Shown piece after piece: positions 28,928 to 32,000 of a stretch of DNA of 32,000 bases. The DNA comes from Pseudoalteromonas translucida KMM 520 (lineage in GTDB: Bacteria; Pseudomonadota; Gammaproteobacteria; Enterobacterales; Alteromonadaceae), in contig NZ_CP011035.1 in NCBI RefSeq assembly GCF_001465295.1, forward strand, positions 570,001-602,000, in the 5' to 3' direction. Numbering within the stretch: the stretch's first letter is position 1; every line of letters begins with the position of its first letter. A program made the translations under genes and the position numbers. The notes under the pieces are model-generated. The model was not told the DNA's origin. It saw only the letters and a program-made list of their open reading frames with translations, and made no database searches.

Positions 28928-29851
28928 TTATGGTTTTAAAGGGGCTTTTCTAATGATTTGCTTCTTGGCTTCGTCGAGCTTTATAACATAGGCATTACCG
29001 CCAATACCTTTAAACTCTTCATCGGTAAATACTATGGTGTTGTCGTCGTAAAAAGTGACCGCTTCTTTTTGGGTAACAATGCCTAGGTCTATTCGTGACA
29101 CGTCACCCGAGAAAAACTTATCCCCTTTAAAATTCTCAAATAACCAAAGGCTAGTTGAGTCTAATAACACCAGTTTTTTCCGATCAGGGCTCAGTGCAGC
29201 CGAGGTGATCCAGCAGAGTTTTTCCATGGTGGTGCAGGTTTTAAATGAGTCGATTAGTTCGGCGTTAAAGTTAGCTGCATGATCACCCACTTTATATACA
29301 TTTGTTATGCCATCAAAGGGTTCGGTGCGATTTTTGGTAAATAAGTATAAGTGCCGGCCTAATGCTACAAACGCTTCTAAGTCATAATTGCGGTTATCAG
29401 GAGCAACCGGTGTACCGTCTAACTCGGGGTAGGTAAACTTAATTATTTCAGCTTCGGTGGTATCGGTTTTAATATCAATGGGGTTTTCTATTTTATAAAT
29501 AGTAAGCCAGCGGCGCTCATTGGTGTTATTACCAAAATCACCTAAAAAAAAGTGACCAAATTTATTTTGGGTCATATCTTCCCAATCTATATTTTTAGCG
29601 TTAGTCACTAATATTTCTTTAGCTATTGAGCCATCATCATTGAGTCGGTAAAGTTTAGGCTCGTCGCCGCTGTCGTTAATAGCCCATAAGCGTTTATGCT
29701 TATCATACTCAATACCAGATACTTCTTTGAGCCTAGGGTCAACAGAAATCATTTTTTTGCTATACAAGGTATAAATAGCAGAGCCTATATATATGGCACT
29801 AAAAATAAACAGAGCAGCAATAGAAAGTAGAATACTTTTTTTCAACATCAA
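28928..29851 (-). CDS. N-terminally anchored hypothetical protein, possibly an SdiA-regulated/YjiK-like beta-propeller
   Basis: 307 aa with an N-terminal TM segment (ILLSIAALFIFSAIYIGSAIY). EVSGIEYD...LWAINDSG resembles the first blade of YjiK/phytase-like propellers. This is a weak recollection. Confidence 0.45.
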   Translation of the reverse strand: MMLKKSILLSIAALFIFSAIYIGSAIYTLYSKKMISVDPRLKEVSGIEYDKHKRLWAINDSGDEPKLYRLNDDGSIAKEILVTNAKNIDWEDMTQNKFGHFFLGDFGNNTNERRWLTIYKIENPIDIKTDTTEAEIIKFTYPELDGTPVAPDNRNYDLEAFVALGRHLYLFTKNRTEPFDGITNVYKVGDHAANFNAELIDSFKTCTTMEKLCWITSAALSPDRKKLVLLDSTSLWLFENFKGDKFFSGDVSRIDLGIVTQKEAVTFYDDNTIVFTDEEFKGIGGNAYVIKLDEAKKQIIRKAPLKP

Positions 29852-30072
29852 ATTAATATATTTCAGAATGTTAATTAATATATCGTTATTATCGCTGATG
29901 GTAGAAGAGAACTAAAGACTTATCTCGTAGCGTTTATTAACTGTTGCTTAAAGTTGCATATATTTTAAACTAAAGTGGCTAATTAACATGATTTTGTCGA
30001 AGAAAAGTGACAATTATTGCTGATTACGCTATTAATAGCTAAGTACTATATAAAAACCAAGAAGTAGGTAAT

Positions 30073-31287
30073 GTGTCTGTATTTGTTGCAAGGCAAGCAA
30101 TATTAAATCGTCGCCAGAATGTGGTTGCTTATGAGCTATTATTTCGTGATAGTGATAAAAACTATTTTCCGGAAATATCTGATGGCCAAGCAACGGCAAG
30201 ATTGATCATGGAGAATCAGCTTAACTTAGGAACCCGGCATATAACATCAGGTAAAAAAGCACTGATTAATATAGGCCCAGAGTCGTTAAAGCTCGATTTA
30301 TGTGCATTTTTACCCTGTAAAGATGTGGTTATTGAGTTACTCGAAACCATAGAGCCCACAGACGATAATTATGAGTTATGCCGTGATTTATTTCATAGTA
30401 ATTATAAACTAGCGTTAGATGATTTTGTGTACACCCCTCAATGGGAGCGTTTTTTAAAGCTGGTAAATCTGATTAAGTTTGATATACGCCAAACCCCATT
30501 ACCGGAAATTGCCCTGGTTGTTAAAAAGCTAAAAAAACACAAAAGAATAAAAATACTTGCCGAAAAAATAGAAACGCCCGAGGAGTTTGAACTTGCATAT
30601 AAAATGGGCTTTGATTACTTTCAAGGGTATTATTTTGCAAAGCCAACCATGCTTAAACAAAACGACATAGACTATAATTACGCGCTGGTAATTGCAATTT
30701 ATGCAGAAGTTATGAAACCCAATCTAGATATAAACGTAATTTCTGGTTTATTTGAGCTTGATGCTGCGCTGGCATACAAGCTATTACGCTTAATTAATAG
30801 TGGTGTGTTTCCTATTAAAAGCAAAATATCTTCCCTTAAACAAGCATTAGTCTACTTAGGTCAGGAACGGTTAAAAAAGTTTGTAAGTTTGATCGTGACT
30901 GCTTATACAGTTAAGTCTAAGCCTGCCGAATTAATGAAAATGTGCGTAGTTCGTGCTCGCTTTTGTGAGCTAATTGCCGCGCAAATAAGTAAACAGCAAA
31001 AAGGTGAAGCTTTTTTAACCGGGCTGTTTTCGTTACTCGATGCCATATTAGATCAACCCATGAGTTTACTAGTTAATAAACTTCCATTTCCAGATGACAT
31101 TAAAGCAGCGTTACAGGGTGAAAAAAACACCTTACATTATATTCTTGATACCGTAAAAGCATACGAATCAGGAAGCTGGTGGGCATTAGAGCAGGCAGTT
31201 TTATTAATAAATATAGAGAGTAAATTACTACCTAACATATATAAACAAGCGGTAGATTGGGCCGATAGCTATAAAAATATCACGTAA
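30073..31287 (+). CDS. EAL plus HDOD domain signalling protein (COG3434/YuxH type)
   Basis: GTG start. FVARQAILNRRQNVVAYELLFRD carries the ELL variant of the EAL motif typical of this family. Also has DDFVY and FQGYYFAKP, then an HDOD-like C-terminal half (LLRLINSGVF...ALVYLGQERLKKFV). Confidence 0.8.
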   Translation: MSVFVARQAILNRRQNVVAYELLFRDSDKNYFPEISDGQATARLIMENQLNLGTRHITSGKKALINIGPESLKLDLCAFLPCKDVVIELLETIEPTDDNYELCRDLFHSNYKLALDDFVYTPQWERFLKLVNLIKFDIRQTPLPEIALVVKKLKKHKRIKILAEKIETPEEFELAYKMGFDYFQGYYFAKPTMLKQNDIDYNYALVIAIYAEVMKPNLDINVISGLFELDAALAYKLLRLINSGVFPIKSKISSLKQALVYLGQERLKKFVSLIVTAYTVKSKPAELMKMCVVRARFCELIAAQISKQQKGEAFLTGLFSLLDAILDQPMSLLVNKLPFPDDIKAALQGEKNTLHYILDTVKAYESGSWWALEQAVLLINIESKLLPNIYKQAVDWADSYKNIT

Positions 31288-31298
31288 TGGAATAGGTA

Positions 31299-32000
31299 AT
31301 GCGTAATTATAATTTAGACTTCATTCGTGGTATTGCCGTACTTGGCTTGGTGTTTATGAATATATACACCTTTGGAGTATTTGAGCTCGGTTATACGCCA
31401 CTAACAATCCCACCAAGCAGCGATAGCCTGATTCAAACATTAAACCTAATATTTGTTGAAGGGCGTTTTAGGAGCTTATTTAGCATACTGTTTGGGGCTG
31501 GGTTATACATTCAATGGCAACGCTATAACTTGATTTTACCACTTAAAAGTCGCCTATATTGGTTACTACTTTTTGGTTTATTGCATGGGTTTTTACTTTG
31601 GGCAGGCGATATTCTATTTTTGTATGGGGTGTCGGGGTTGCTCGCTATAAAGTACTTAAGCAGTACCAATGAGCAACTTCTGAAGCATGCTTATGGGTTT
31701 ATTTTACTCTCGGGTTTGGCGACCGCTTTAGTTATGTATAGCGTACCAGAGACATTAATATACCGTGACTCGCCAGAGTTTAATGCGTTGTATAGCCAAT
31801 ACTTTCAATCATATGGCGATCACTTGTTATCTAACATAACCATGTACGCGTTAATGGTGTTTATGGTTCCGATACTCACTATGTGGGTAACGACAGCGTT
31901 AATGTTGTTAGGTATATATCTGTATAAGCAACAGGTGTTTGTTAGCGGCTTATCGGCAAAGCAACTCATTTTAGTAATTAGCGGTGCGCTACTATTTATC
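31299..32000 (+). CDS. DUF418/YeiB-family membrane protein; the 3' end lies outside the window
   Basis: From the ATG at 31299 the frame is open for 234 codons to the window edge. It reads MRNYNLDFIRGIAVLGLVFMNIY...VEGRFRSLFSILFGAGL, which is typical of the YeiB N-terminus. It is absent from the ORF track because no stop codon falls in the window. Confidence 0.65.
   Translation, partial: MRNYNLDFIRGIAVLGLVFMNIYTFGVFELGYTPLTIPPSSDSLIQTLNLIFVEGRFRSLFSILFGAGLYIQWQRYNLILPLKSRLYWLLLFGLLHGFLLWAGDILFLYGVSGLLAIKYLSSTNEQLLKHAYGFILLSGLATALVMYSVPETLIYRDSPEFNALYSQYFQSYGDHLLSNITMYALMVFMVPILTMWVTTALMLLGIYLYKQQVFVSGLSAKQLILVISGALLFI

Overview
This looks like an AT-rich marine gammaproteobacterial chromosome segment. 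Gene content and protein sequences resemble Alteromonadales/Pseudoalteromonas, but that is inference only. In order, the window contains:

- **1-5269:** the 3' end of a FAS-II-like KS-dehydratase-ketoreductase-KS cluster, with the gene order of aryl-polyene (APE) clusters. The ketoreductase gene is split by an intact IS4-family insertion sequence flanked by a perfect 10-bp target duplication.
- **5360-13324:** an rhlE-like DEAD-box helicase, an FAD-dependent dehydrogenase, the 7Fe ferredoxin fdxA, a large secreted CBM9/DUF5916-like protein, and a membrane GGDEF-EAL protein.
- **13613-19434 (minus strand):** a betI-betB-betA choline-to-glycine-betaine operon, extended by a compact BCCT-like permease and a TorF/TIGR02001-type porin.
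- **19858-21843:** a small gene pair whose second member carries an in-frame TAA, and a DUF1704 (QEGLA-motif, MATCAP-like HExxxH) protein.
- **22287-27520:** an astC-astA-astD arginine succinyltransferase operon ending in a short DUF1338 protein, with a divergent Lrp/AsnC regulator.
- **27809-32000:** three orphan genes, an EAL-HDOD protein, and the 5' part of a YeiB/DUF418 gene.

I found no CRISPR array, tRNA or rRNA gene, prophage, or recognisable defence system.

The most unusual unexplained signal is noncoding. A 36-nt block, 32/36 identical between two copies, sits at two intergenic loci (13493-13528 and 22194-22229). Each copy is followed by CATAAAAA and a rho-independent hairpin. These could be paralogous small RNAs or a repeat-element family. 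The first copy lies inside a nested palindromic unit of about 200 bp. The second lies in an ORF-free gap of about 330 bp that also carries a terminator oriented against its neighbouring gene. All functional calls rest on motif recognition by eye and no database search was run.
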